Source of the DNA: Anaerolineae bacterium
GTDB lineage: Bacteria; Chloroflexota; Anaerolineae; 4572-78; NAK82
Length of the DNA: 64,000 bases
Direction of reading: 5' to 3'
NCBI GenBank assembly: GCA_034412795.1
Contig: DAOUMD010000016.1
Location: forward strand, 178 to 64,177
Below the pieces are notes generated by a model, which was not told the origin of the DNA, did not search any database, and saw nothing but the letters and a program-made list of their open reading frames with translations. The translations under genes were made by a program, and so were the position numbers. Positions 8,757-18,985 of the stretch are shown here, piece by piece (the stretch's first letter is position 1; every line of letters begins with the position of its first letter).

Positions 8757-9935
8757 ATGTATGGACGTGATCGGATAGTCTTGGCCATGCGACATAAGTT
8801 ACCGGACCGGGTCCCGGTGATGTGCCAGCTTGCACTGGGCCATTACTTCTTGAATACTCGGTTCGCACCCCACGAGATTTGGTTTACCAGCGAGGCGTTC
8901 GCCGAGGCATTGGTTGAGCTACAACGACGTTACCAGTTTGACGGTATCCTCATCAATTTACCTGGACGTCCTGAGGGCCTATTGGAAGAGATAAAATCTA
9001 TCAAAGAGACGGATGAGGGTGAAGAGCTGACCTGGCCCAATGGCGACGTCACGTTGATACCCTGGGACGATAACCCTCAGCACTACCACGCCGACGGTTC
9101 TATGGCCAGACGGGCCGATTTCGAAACGATTGAGCCCGATCATCTTGACTCCATTGATGATCTCGCTGGCTATACCTGGAATACGTATCACGTGCCGTGG
9201 GTAATGGGCAAACCGGATCGGGGACCCATGACTCAAGTGCCCGACTACTTCTTCCGCACGTTCGATCTGGTCAAAGAGATGGTCGGAGATGAGATCTCGG
9301 TACACGGCGAGGTCTTTTCACCGTTTACCCATTACCTCGAACTCTTTGGTTACGAAGAGGCCCTGATGGGCTTGATCAAAGACAAGGCAAAGGCTCATGC
9401 GCTGTTGGAGCGTTTGGCACAGGCCTCAATCACCTGGGGCGTGGCGCAGACCAAATATGGTGCCGATGCCGTCTTGATATCCTCGGCTTTTGCCGGCGGT
9501 GGTTTTATTTCACCCAAGATGTATCAGGAGTTTGTGGTGCCCTACGAGCGAAAGGTGACTGAGGCCATTAAATCCACCGATGGCATCGTATACACCCACA
9601 CCTGCGGCCATCTCGGTGATCGGTTGGAGGCGATGTTAGAGACAGGTACTATGGGCATTGACACCCTTGACCCGCCGCCGCTGGGCAACACCACGCTGGA
9701 AGAAGCGAAGTCACTCATTGGAGACAGGGTGTTTCTCAAAGGCAACATGAACGGCGTGGAGATATTGGCTTTTAAATCCGAGGAGGAGGTGCTTGATCAC
9801 GCCAGGAAGCGAGTTCGAGTTGGAATGCCGGGAGGTGGATACATTCTGAGCACTGCTTGTTCCGTGCCCCCCAAAGTGGAACCGTGGAAACTTGAGTTGC
9901 TGGTACCGCTGGCTGAGGAGATCGGCCGTTATTGA
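8757..9935 (+). CDS. uroporphyrinogen decarboxylase (URO-D/MtaA-like) family protein
   Basis: 392 aa with N-terminal R-x-R..L....PDRVP signature and a C-terminal GGGYILS motif shared with the other URO-D-like paralogues here. Confidence 0.75.
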   Translation: MYGRDRIVLAMRHKLPDRVPVMCQLALGHYFLNTRFAPHEIWFTSEAFAEALVELQRRYQFDGILINLPGRPEGLLEEIKSIKETDEGEELTWPNGDVTLIPWDDNPQHYHADGSMARRADFETIEPDHLDSIDDLAGYTWNTYHVPWVMGKPDRGPMTQVPDYFFRTFDLVKEMVGDEISVHGEVFSPFTHYLELFGYEEALMGLIKDKAKAHALLERLAQASITWGVAQTKYGADAVLISSAFAGGGFISPKMYQEFVVPYERKVTEAIKSTDGIVYTHTCGHLGDRLEAMLETGTMGIDTLDPPPLGNTTLEEAKSLIGDRVFLKGNMNGVEILAFKSEEEVLDHARKRVRVGMPGGGYILSTACSVPPKVEPWKLELLVPLAEEIGRY

Positions 9936-9947
9936 TGGGTAAGTGTT

Positions 9948-10598
9948 GTGATGAACCCCGGACATGGACCTCTGCGGGCCGTCCTGTTCGATTTGGACGG
10001 AACCTTGTTAGATAGTGAACGTAATGACATCCAAATTATGAGTCGCTTGTTCCACGATGATCTGGGGCTGGACTTGGATAAGCGAGAGATTTCCGAGTAC
10101 ATAGGCGTATCAAGCCGTGAAGTCCTTGAGCAACTCGCACCGGATCGGGTCGAAGAATTACTGGCAGTCTGGCTCGAGTACCAAGAAGAACTTCTTTTCG
10201 ATTCTTTTCTCTTTCCTGGAATCACGGAGACTCTACTCAGCTTGTCTCAGTCCAATTTGAGGTTGGGTGTGGTCACCGGGCAGAACAAGGCTGAGCTTGA
10301 CGTCACGCGCCGCCACATCGGAATCGACAACCTGATTAACGTGTGGGTTTCCGCCGACGATGCACCTTTTTCGAAGCCACATCCGGCACCGGTGTGTCTC
10401 GCTCTGGATATGCTCGGCTGTCCGCCTGGTCAAGCTATTATGGTCGGTGATACCCGCTTCGACATGGAGGCCGGTCGTCAGGCCGGGACACTGATCGGGG
10501 TGGCGCTGTGGGGCGTCAGAGATCTAGCACCCTTGTTCGACTTTCAGCCGGATTTCATCTTTGAGAATCCTCAGCAGTTGCAAGACCTATTGTGTTAG
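9948..10598 (+). CDS. HAD family hydrolase (phosphatase)
   Basis: Motif I FDLDGTLLDS and motif IV VGDTRFD. Start is GTG 9948 or ATG 9951. Confidence 0.85.
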   Translation: MMNPGHGPLRAVLFDLDGTLLDSERNDIQIMSRLFHDDLGLDLDKREISEYIGVSSREVLEQLAPDRVEELLAVWLEYQEELLFDSFLFPGITETLLSLSQSNLRLGVVTGQNKAELDVTRRHIGIDNLINVWVSADDAPFSKPHPAPVCLALDMLGCPPGQAIMVGDTRFDMEAGRQAGTLIGVALWGVRDLAPLFDFQPDFIFENPQQLQDLLC

Positions 10599-10723
10599 GA
10601 AGTAGGGACGAACCTGGGTGTTCGCCCTTGGGGCAGACACTCAGATCTGCCCCTACCCAGAGCTATTGAGAAGATACTGCGAAACCTATTATCGGGAACT
10701 CAGAAGGGGGAAGGAGGTGATTC

Positions 10724-11647
10724 GTGATGTTTACCTATGCTTTAGCCGAATTCATTGACTTTCGGGACAAAGCCGCTTGCGAGCGTGTCCGGCGTATCAC
10801 TCGGGAAGACATTACAAATCATCCCAACCCTGACTTCAAGATCCGGGTGATCGATGAACATGCTGAGCTGTTCGCTGCTTTTGCCACCGATTTGGTGCGG
10901 GAAATCAAACAGGCCCTGGATGAGGGCCGCCAATTCGTGTGCATCCTGCCGGTTGGCCCGGTGGAGCAATACCCCATTGCTGCTCGTATGATCAACGAAT
11001 TGCGTATCCCTATGCATCACGTCCATACCTTCAACATGGACGAGTATGCCGACGAGAATGGCAACACAGCGCCGGCGAATTGGCCGGGCTCCTTCCAGAA
11101 GGCCATGTTTGACAAATTCTTTTATCTGATTGACGAGAACCTGCGCCCACCTCTGGATCAAATCCACTTCCCTACGTCGGACGTCCTTGATCACTATTTT
11201 GACTTGATGCAAGAAGTGGGAGGCGTGGATGTGTGCTACGGCGGCATCGGCTGGTGCGGCCACATTGCCTTTTGGGAGTCGCACTTGGGTCACGAGTACG
11301 GTGATGACGTTGAGGCCTATATGCAGGCCACGGCGCGTGTGGTAACGTTGAATCCCATGACCATTATGCAGAACGCCTTGCATTCTTTCAGCGGAGATTG
11401 GTCTTTGGTGCCACCCAAGGCGGCTACCATCGGGCCGGGAGAAGTTATGGCGGCCAATTATCGCAGCTTCTGGCTGCCCTACGCAAGTAGTATCACACCT
11501 GACATTACCTGGCAGCGCTTTATCGCACGCTTAGTGGCCCACGGTCCTGTTAGCACCTTTGTACCCGGCTCTGTTCTTCAGACGGCGTCAGGTGCGTACA
11601 CGATGGTAGGGGCAGTAGCTGATGACGTGGTAACCAGTATCAGTTGA
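10724..11647 (+). CDS. glucosamine-6-phosphate deaminase/6-phosphogluconolactonase-like (NagB superfamily) protein
   Basis: ILPVGPV...FNMDEY pattern typical of the NagB/Pgl fold; strong RBS GGAAGGAGG. Confidence 0.7.
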   Translation: MMFTYALAEFIDFRDKAACERVRRITREDITNHPNPDFKIRVIDEHAELFAAFATDLVREIKQALDEGRQFVCILPVGPVEQYPIAARMINELRIPMHHVHTFNMDEYADENGNTAPANWPGSFQKAMFDKFFYLIDENLRPPLDQIHFPTSDVLDHYFDLMQEVGGVDVCYGGIGWCGHIAFWESHLGHEYGDDVEAYMQATARVVTLNPMTIMQNALHSFSGDWSLVPPKAATIGPGEVMAANYRSFWLPYASSITPDITWQRFIARLVAHGPVSTFVPGSVLQTASGAYTMVGAVADDVVTSIS

Positions 11648-11659
11648 TGGGAGCTACTT

Positions 11660-12760
11660 ATGGATAATTATTTCAACGGTTTGGGTATGCACCTGGGCAA
11701 TCTGGCACGGCTTTCCAATGCCCAGTCACGCTCCATCAGTGCCGAGAATCCCACGGGCGCCAAGGGGAGAGGTGGGATGGCAACCAAGGGCACCGGCGCG
11801 TTCTTTGCCCGCGAGTTAGGCCAAGGTTGGAAGATCTCACCCTCCATCAGTCTGGCGGGAAACAGCACCACTGTCCTGGCCGACATTGAGGGGGCGGGCG
11901 CCATCCAGCATATCTGGATGACAGTGGAGGACCCTGCCCTCTGGCGCCGGTTGGTGCTCTGCTTCTACTGGGACCGCGAAGAAACCCCCTCAGTAGAAGT
12001 GCCTATGGGCGACTTTTTCTGCAATGGCTGGTGTGTTCACTGCAATGTCAATTCACTGCCTGTTGCGGTCAACCCGGCTGGTGGCTTCAACTGTTTCTGG
12101 GAAATGCCCTTCCGCCAGCATGCCATGATCGCCGTCGAAAACCTGGCTCCCGATGAGGTGGAGAACTTCTACTACGAGATAGATTATACACTGACCGATG
12201 TGCCAGACGACCGGGCGTATTTCCATGCCCAATGGCGGCGTAGCAATCCGTTGCCGTACAGGGAGGTGTACACCCTGCTGGATGGCGTGCGAGGGCAGGG
12301 CCAGTATATTGGGGCATATATCGCCTGGGGGGTGAACAACGATCTTTGGTGGTCTGAGGGCGAGGTCAAGGTTTACCTGGATGGCGACAGCGACTGGCCG
12401 ACATTCTGCGGCACGGGCCTGGAGGATTACTTCGGCGCCGCCTGGACCTTTGAGCAACCCAAGGGCCAGTACGGCACCTATTCCACGGCGTTCATGGGAT
12501 TGCCCCAAGTGATCGAGCCGGACGGCTTGGTTCTGAGCCGGCGGCGCTTCGGTATGTACCGGTGGCACGTGATGGACGCCATTCGCTTTCAACAAGATAT
12601 TCGGGTGACCGTCCAGGCTCTGGGCTTGCTGGAGAACAATCAGCCTCGCTATTTGCCTTTGCAAGACGACATCGCGTCCACCGCTTTCTGGTACCAGACC
12701 GAACCACATGCACCCTTTCCTGAACTACCAGATGTTGAAGATCTTGAAGTGGTATGGTGA
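11660..12760 (+). CDS. DUF2961 / glycoside hydrolase family 172-like protein
   Basis: 366 aa with the GTGLEDYFG motif that I associate with DUF2961. Confidence 0.65.
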   Translation: MDNYFNGLGMHLGNLARLSNAQSRSISAENPTGAKGRGGMATKGTGAFFARELGQGWKISPSISLAGNSTTVLADIEGAGAIQHIWMTVEDPALWRRLVLCFYWDREETPSVEVPMGDFFCNGWCVHCNVNSLPVAVNPAGGFNCFWEMPFRQHAMIAVENLAPDEVENFYYEIDYTLTDVPDDRAYFHAQWRRSNPLPYREVYTLLDGVRGQGQYIGAYIAWGVNNDLWWSEGEVKVYLDGDSDWPTFCGTGLEDYFGAAWTFEQPKGQYGTYSTAFMGLPQVIEPDGLVLSRRRFGMYRWHVMDAIRFQQDIRVTVQALGLLENNQPRYLPLQDDIASTAFWYQTEPHAPFPELPDVEDLEVVW

Positions 12761-12767
12761 TAGATCA

Positions 12768-14099
12768 ATGACACACAATTTAATGTTCAAAGCTGGTGCC
12801 GCCAAAACAGATATCACTCCGCGAGTAGGTTGTTGGCTGGAGGGTATTCCCCGGGCCGAGCCCTCTAACGCGATCCACGATCCGTTATACGCTCGTGCCC
12901 TGGTGGTGGAGTACCCGGATGAGGCGGAGGAGACAGGGAAAAAGCTTTGCCTGGTCACGTGTGACCTGATTGGGCTGAGCAACGAGTTCTCCCAGGCGGT
13001 ACGTGAGAGGATAGGGGAAGCCTTGGGCACCACCGCTGCCAACGTCGTGATCGCCTGCGCCCACAACCATTCTGGCCCGGCTACGATAGGGTTCCACGAC
13101 CCCGGACATGTGGACCAGGGTTACCTGAACCTTCTCTCGTCCAAACTCATCGAGTTGTCCCGGGAAGCGGCGAGCAACGTGGAGCCGGCTCTATTAGGTG
13201 TTGGCCTCGGGCAGGAATCCACTGTCAGTGAGTACCGTCGTTTGCTCACACGGGACGGCGGTATCGTCATGAACTGGGAGGAGTATCCCCAGGAAGAGAT
13301 CGTGGGGCCGGCCGAAGAGGGTGATCCCGAAGTTGGCGTCGTCAAGATAGTGTCCACCACTGGCCAGACGATTGCTGTTGTTTTCAATTACGCCTGTCAC
13401 CCTAACTCTATGCCTGGAGACAATTTCACCATCACCGCAGATTTCCCTGGATATGCGGCGGATTTAATCGAGAAGGAGCTGGGTGGTATTGCCCTCTTCA
13501 CCAACGGCGCCCAGGGGAGCGTTGACATTGAAGGGTTTGAGGGTCGTGATTTCGCTGGCGTTGAAAGGCGCGGCCAATCGCTAGGGCAAGTCGTGCTGGA
13601 TGTTTGCCGGGAGATCGAAGTCCGGCCAGACCCAGTCATCCGCGTTGCCCAACGTGTCTTTTTATTACCCTACCGGAAGATCGCCCCCGAGACTTTGGAA
13701 TGGGCCAGGGACATCGCCAGTAAGGCAACCGGGGAAGCCGTAACTCTGCGGGATGGTATCTCCGACGAGATCAAGGCGGAAAACATACTGCACCATGTTA
13801 GCAGAAGCGAACCCGGTGCCGACTTCGAGATGCTGGGCATCAGGTTGGGAGGGTGCGCCTTTTTCACAATTCCAGGAGAGCTCTTCACTGAAATCGGGAA
13901 AAGCATGAAAGCCCTGTCCGGTTCCTTGCAGATTCACGTGATCGGATTGGCTAACGGCTGTCACGGCTACATATCGACGGCCAAGGCCAGCGCCGAGGGG
14001 GGCTATGCGACCGGTGTGGCCTCTGGCGCGTATTTCACCGAAGATGCCGAGGACTTCATCTGTCAAAATACTGAAGTTCTGTTGACTTTGTTGCAATGA
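12768..14099 (+). CDS. neutral/alkaline ceramidase-like N-terminal domain hydrolase
   Basis: N-terminus (GAAKTDITPRVGCWLEG...HDPLYARALV) resembles the neutral ceramidase family. Start set at the ATG after the upstream stop. Confidence 0.55.
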   Translation: MTHNLMFKAGAAKTDITPRVGCWLEGIPRAEPSNAIHDPLYARALVVEYPDEAEETGKKLCLVTCDLIGLSNEFSQAVRERIGEALGTTAANVVIACAHNHSGPATIGFHDPGHVDQGYLNLLSSKLIELSREAASNVEPALLGVGLGQESTVSEYRRLLTRDGGIVMNWEEYPQEEIVGPAEEGDPEVGVVKIVSTTGQTIAVVFNYACHPNSMPGDNFTITADFPGYAADLIEKELGGIALFTNGAQGSVDIEGFEGRDFAGVERRGQSLGQVVLDVCREIEVRPDPVIRVAQRVFLLPYRKIAPETLEWARDIASKATGEAVTLRDGISDEIKAENILHHVSRSEPGADFEMLGIRLGGCAFFTIPGELFTEIGKSMKALSGSLQIHVIGLANGCHGYISTAKASAEGGYATGVASGAYFTEDAEDFICQNTEVLLTLLQ

Positions 14100-14327
14100 G
14101 TGGTTATAATTGGGGCTCAAGTGCCCCACGTTTTCTCGGAAAGTACTCTTGCGCTTGCCCCCCAGCCGTGCTGCCCGAGACCTCTTTTTCCTGCGAAGGA
14201 GGTGATGCTGCCAAGGAAAACTTCGTGTATCCCATGACTTCAGTAGATCCAGTTCATAGCTCCCATCGATGTTGAGGGAGTGTAAGTTCAGAAGCCGGTT
14301 CCTGATTTAAAAAGGAGGAAAAGTAAA

Positions 14328-15689
14328 ATGGCTGATAAAGATTCTGATCGATCACTTAAGATGAGTCGACGCGAAATGTTGCGCCTGACCGCCCTGACCG
14401 GGCTTGGGCTGGTTGCCGCCGGGTGTGTCGTTCCCACGCCCCCCCCGGCCTCCGAGGCTGAGGCACCCGCTGCCGAGGCACCCGCGGGTGAGAAGGTCCA
14501 GATTCGCTACGTTGCTATGGACTATGACGAGAACATGAAGCCCGACACCCAGGCAGTCATTGACGCTTTCAACGCCAGCCAGGACGGAATCGAGGCCACG
14601 CTCGACGTGGTCAGTTGGGGCCAGGGACACGAATTGCTGGTCACCCAGATCAGCGGTGGGCAACCACCCGATCTAGCCAACGTCAGCGCCCAGTGGCAGG
14701 GTGAGTGGGAAGGCATCGACGAAGTTATGCCGCTGGATGACTATGTGTCCCAGGAATTCCTGTCCAACTTTGTTCCCTCGATGCTGGCAGCCTTCACCAA
14801 CAAAGACGGTCAATTGATGGGCATGCCCTACTTCCTCGACCCCCGCATCATGTACTACCGCACGGACCTGTTTGAGGCCGAAGGCCTGGCAGCACCCACC
14901 ACCTGGGACGAGGTCATCGCTGCCGGTCAGGCGTTGCACAACCCGCCGGATATGACCGGCTACGGGCAAACTTATGCGATGAAGTCCGATGGCCTGGATT
15001 ACTGGTGGTATGCCTGGTTTGGCGCGGTTGGTGCCGACGGTGACCTCAGCGTTTGGACCGAGGATGGACACAGCAAGTTTAATACCCCGGAGGCCATCAA
15101 GGCCACCCAGTACGTGGTAGATCTGACCCAGAAGTATCAAATCACCAACACCGACTACACCACGGCCGGCCGCGACGAGGAGCTTCAACCTCTCTTCTAC
15201 GCCGGTAAGCTGGCCCAGTTGATCACCGGGTCCTGGTTCCCCACCCTGATTGCGAACAACGCGCCGGATATGCCGTATGGTCTCGAGATGCCGCCCGTGG
15301 CCGAGGCAGGTATAACGCCGGCCACCGGTGTCTGGCCCGACAGCGTCATCATGTTCAAGCAAAGCAAAAACCCCGAGGCGACAGGCCAGCTCCTGGAGTT
15401 CATGTTCAATGCTGAGAACCGGATGGACTTCGCCAAGCAGCGGGGCGTCATTCCGGAGCGTATTGACGTGGGTAATGACCCGGAGTATGCCGTCAGCGAC
15501 ACTGAGAAGTTCATGGTTGCGTCGCTGGACACCGCCCACAATGTCTATGAGACACCCTGGCCAGCCACGTATTACAAGACCTTTGTCGAGGCCGAAACCT
15601 TGATTGGCCGTGCCGTGGCAGGCGAGATCAGCGCAGAAGAGGCTATGCTACAAGCCGCTGAGTTCATCGATAAGACAAACGGTCTGTAA
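14328..15689 (+). CDS. sugar ABC transporter substrate-binding lipoprotein
   Basis: Signal peptide MSRREMLRL...LVAAGC (lipobox Cys), an A/P/E linker, family-1 SBP length, RBS AAGGAGG. Confidence 0.85.
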   Translation: MADKDSDRSLKMSRREMLRLTALTGLGLVAAGCVVPTPPPASEAEAPAAEAPAGEKVQIRYVAMDYDENMKPDTQAVIDAFNASQDGIEATLDVVSWGQGHELLVTQISGGQPPDLANVSAQWQGEWEGIDEVMPLDDYVSQEFLSNFVPSMLAAFTNKDGQLMGMPYFLDPRIMYYRTDLFEAEGLAAPTTWDEVIAAGQALHNPPDMTGYGQTYAMKSDGLDYWWYAWFGAVGADGDLSVWTEDGHSKFNTPEAIKATQYVVDLTQKYQITNTDYTTAGRDEELQPLFYAGKLAQLITGSWFPTLIANNAPDMPYGLEMPPVAEAGITPATGVWPDSVIMFKQSKNPEATGQLLEFMFNAENRMDFAKQRGVIPERIDVGNDPEYAVSDTEKFMVASLDTAHNVYETPWPATYYKTFVEAETLIGRAVAGEISAEEAMLQAAEFIDKTNGL

Positions 15690-15797
15690 TCAAGCATCAT
15701 CATCCAAAGGTGATGCATCACCCGAACGTGATGGGTCCTTGTGAGCGCGGGGGCCATCTCCCGCGCTCACATCCCCTTTGAAGGAGTGCAATCGCTT

Positions 15798-16745
15798 ATG
15801 ACAGTTGGCTCTGAAGCAATTATTTCTACCAAGACCAAGGAGGAGGTTCCCCCGCTTTGGCAACGGGTCTCCAGGGAGGTGAGCGATAACAAGTTCGCCT
15901 ATCTGCTCCTCGTGCCTAGCGTTCTGGTCTTTGTTGTGCTGGTGCTTTATCCTTTGGCTAACACCATCATCGGCGCCTTTTCTGAGACCGATGCGGTTGG
16001 CCGTGTTACTCACTTCGGGACACTGGCTAACTTCCAGGAGCTTATCGACGACTCCTATATGCCCGGCATCATCAGCCAGACCGTGATCTTTGTGTTTGGT
16101 TCCGTGATACTGACCGTGCTCCTTTCCTTTCCAATGGCCCTCGTCCTCAACCAGCAGTTTCCTGGAGTGATTGCCTTCAGGTCCCTGTTGCTCTTGCCGT
16201 GGGCTGCTCCTCTGGCCATCTCGGCCATGACCTGGCGCTGGATCTTTCACGGCCAATTGGGAGCACTGAACCATCTTTTGAGCATGCTGGGCATCATTCA
16301 CCAGCAAATTGATTGGCTCAGCAATGCGAAATTGGCCTTCGCCTGCGTTATTTTCGTGGAGGTATGGTCATCGATTCCGTTTATGACCATTATGTTCCTG
16401 GCCGGCTTGCAGTCCATCCCCCCTCATATCTACGACGCGGCCAAGATGGATGGCGCCAACGCCTGGCACGAATTCTGGGACATGACCATCCCACAAATGA
16501 AGAAGATCGCCACCATCGTGGTGCTTCTGTCGGTGATCTGGGCCTTCCGCTCTTTCAACATCATCTGGACCATGACTCAGGGCAACCCCTTCTTCCGGAC
16601 CGACATTTCAGTCACCTATCTGTATAAGTTAGCGTTCAAGATGCTGAGTTTCGGCAAGGGCTTCGCCCTGGCCTTTGCCACCTTTGTCGTTCTGATCGCG
16701 TTTAGCATTATCTACACCCGGGTGCTACGCAGCGAGGAGATGTGA
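15798..16745 (+). CDS. sugar ABC transporter permease (MalF/UgpA-like)
   Basis: 6-TM permease with an EAA-type loop (DAAKMDGANAW). Start at the ATG after GAAGGAG. Confidence 0.85.
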   Translation: MTVGSEAIISTKTKEEVPPLWQRVSREVSDNKFAYLLLVPSVLVFVVLVLYPLANTIIGAFSETDAVGRVTHFGTLANFQELIDDSYMPGIISQTVIFVFGSVILTVLLSFPMALVLNQQFPGVIAFRSLLLLPWAAPLAISAMTWRWIFHGQLGALNHLLSMLGIIHQQIDWLSNAKLAFACVIFVEVWSSIPFMTIMFLAGLQSIPPHIYDAAKMDGANAWHEFWDMTIPQMKKIATIVVLLSVIWAFRSFNIIWTMTQGNPFFRTDISVTYLYKLAFKMLSFGKGFALAFATFVVLIAFSIIYTRVLRSEEM

Positions 16746-16748
16746 TTG

Positions 16749-17579
16749 ATGAAAAGACTAAACTGGCTCAAATGGCTTTCTATCATCTTCTTTGCTGTTC
16801 CCATGATCTTCATCCTGGTCTTCCCCTTTATCGTCATGGTATCCACCTCTTTCAAGACGCTTCAGGAAGTAAGCCAGATTCCCCCTACTTTCATCCCGCG
16901 CCAGCCGACGCTGGAGAACTACCGGGAGGTTTGGGAGATTATCCCGCTGGCCAAACATTTCCGCAACAGCTTGTTCCTGGGATTGGGGGAGACGTTCCTG
17001 ATTATGGTCCTGGGCGTGCCGGCCGCCTATTCGCTGGCCCGCTTTCGCTACGCCGGCCGCCAGCCTTATATGCTATTCTTGTTAGTCACCCAGATGTTCC
17101 CCGCCGTTGTGGTCATCCTGGGCTTGTTCCGTCTGGTAGCTGCATACGGTCTGGTGAACAACCTGGCCGTGGTGGCTTTGGCGGCTGCATCATTTAGTAT
17201 GGCTTTTTGTATCTGGCTTCTCACCGGATACTTCTCGGCCATCCCGCCCGAGATTGAGGAGGCAGCCATGATGGACGGCAACTCCCGGCTGGGCGCCATG
17301 ATCCGCATGACGCTCCCTCTTGCTCGACCCGGGTTGATCGCGGTAGCCATATTCGCCTTCATGGACGGCTGGAATGAGTTTCTCTTTTCCCTGACCTTTA
17401 TTAGCAATGACGAGTTTATGCCGCTGACGGTTGGTTTGTTCCGCTTCATCTCTCGTTTCCAAATACAGTGGCACCACCTGATGACCGGTTCCTTGCTGGC
17501 GACGGCGGTGGTGATTGTGCTATTTATGATGGTGCAGAAGAACTTAACCAGAGGCATGATGGCCATCTCAGAGAAGTAA
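16749..17579 (+). CDS. sugar ABC transporter permease (MalG/UgpE-like)
   Basis: EAA loop EEAAMMDGNSRL; abuts the upstream stop codon. Confidence 0.85.
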   Translation: MKRLNWLKWLSIIFFAVPMIFILVFPFIVMVSTSFKTLQEVSQIPPTFIPRQPTLENYREVWEIIPLAKHFRNSLFLGLGETFLIMVLGVPAAYSLARFRYAGRQPYMLFLLVTQMFPAVVVILGLFRLVAAYGLVNNLAVVALAAASFSMAFCIWLLTGYFSAIPPEIEEAAMMDGNSRLGAMIRMTLPLARPGLIAVAIFAFMDGWNEFLFSLTFISNDEFMPLTVGLFRFISRFQIQWHHLMTGSLLATAVVIVLFMMVQKNLTRGMMAISEK

Positions 17580-17602
17580 CGCAACGGAGGAGATGTTAAT
17601 CT

Positions 17603-18721
17603 ATGAGCGTTGTTGTATGCAAGGATTTGGTAAAACGCTTTGGCTCCGCGCTGGCGGTAGATCACGTCAACGTCGAGATCCAAGATGGGGAGTTCATGGT
17701 GTTTGTCGGACCTTCAGGCTGTGGCAAGACAACCACCCTACGTATGATCGGCGGGCTAGAGACAGTTTCCTCTGGAGAAATCTATATCGATGGCGAATTG
17801 GTTAACAGCGTCGCACCCCGCCATCGCGACATCGCTATGGTTTTCCAGAATTATGCGCTTTACCCGCATTACAAGGTCTTTGACAATATTGGCTACACTC
17901 TAAAGCTGCGAAAGCGGCCCAAGGATGAGATCCAACGCCGCGTGACGGATGTGGCCACTATGCTGGGTATTGAGCACTTGCTCGAGCGCTGGCCACGCCA
18001 ACTTTCCGGCGGTGAGCGACAGCGGGTGGCGTTAGGACGCGCCATTGTCCGTAACCCACGCCTGTACCTGATGGATGAGCCGTTAAGCAACCTGGATGCC
18101 AAGCTGCGCGTCCAGATGCGGCGCGAGATCATCCGCCTCCAGCGCCAACTGGGCACCACAACCATCTACGTCACCCACGACCAGGTGGAAGCCATGACCA
18201 TGGGGGACCGTATCATGGTCCTGCGTTTCGGACAGATCCAGCAAATCGGCGAACCGGAAACGCTCTACAACCAGCCCGCCAACATGTTTGTGGCGCAATT
18301 CATTGGCAGTCCGGCCATGAATGTGTTTTCCGGCCGACTGGAAGGAACGGGTCAGGAACTGGCCTTGGTAGCCGATGTGGGCCATTTCCCGCTGTCACCG
18401 GAGTTTGTGGCTCGGATCAACCGAGATTCTACTGGTCCCCACGGTCCACGGGAAGTTTTGTGCGGTATCCGCCCCGAGGATATCCGCCTTGGTAGTGCTG
18501 AATCAGACTCAAGCAAACCCCGTGCTTTGGTCGACTTGGTCGAGGGGCTTGGCTCGGATGCTTATGTTAGCCTGAGCACGGGTGATACTATGCTGTTGGC
18601 CAGGACGCCCGCCGACGCCCGGCCCACCGAAAGTGAGAATGTCACGCTTGATCTCAATCTAAATAAACTACACCTGTTCGATTCTGAGAGCGAGCTCAGC
18701 ATACTAAGGATTGGGAATTGA
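17603..18721 (+). CDS. sugar ABC transporter ATP-binding protein (MalK/UgpC-like)
   Basis: Walker A GPSGCGKTT, signature LSGGERQR, Walker B LYLMDEPLS, and a C-terminal regulatory domain. The last 6 codons and the stop lie inside a MITE-B copy. Confidence 0.9.
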   Translation: MSVVVCKDLVKRFGSALAVDHVNVEIQDGEFMVFVGPSGCGKTTTLRMIGGLETVSSGEIYIDGELVNSVAPRHRDIAMVFQNYALYPHYKVFDNIGYTLKLRKRPKDEIQRRVTDVATMLGIEHLLERWPRQLSGGERQRVALGRAIVRNPRLYLMDEPLSNLDAKLRVQMRREIIRLQRQLGTTTIYVTHDQVEAMTMGDRIMVLRFGQIQQIGEPETLYNQPANMFVAQFIGSPAMNVFSGRLEGTGQELALVADVGHFPLSPEFVARINRDSTGPHGPREVLCGIRPEDIRLGSAESDSSKPRALVDLVEGLGSDAYVSLSTGDTMLLARTPADARPTESENVTLDLNLNKLHLFDSESELSILRIGN

Positions 18722-18796
18722 ATAACTTCCTCAAATGCAAGCGAAATACTAGCCTGATTCATTCGGCTAATGGGTAAGTTATTAAATCCTTAGTCC
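18704..18796 (+). mobile_element. MITE-B copy overlapping the 3' end of the ABC ATPase gene
   Basis: Same 93-bp element as 1896-1988. Confidence 0.6.
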
Positions 18797-18910
18797 TTAA
18801 CTATGGTTGAGGGGTACATCCCTTTTGATTGCCGGAAGCAGCTCGCGATTTCCTGTGACTATTTCTTCTTGCCAATGTGCGTCGGGATAGACTGTATTTG
18901 ATCAAAAGCA

Positions 18911-18939
18911 TTGACACCTATGACCGATTATGATAAAAT
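18911..18939 (+). promoter_or_regulatory. sigma70-like promoter (TTGACA-17-TAAAAT) of the DeoR regulator
   Basis: Read directly; ~47 nt upstream of ATG 18986. Confidence 0.55.
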
Positions 18940-18985
18940 GAGCTTGGTTTTGGTTTCGAATAGGAACATCGGTTGCGAGTATGGC

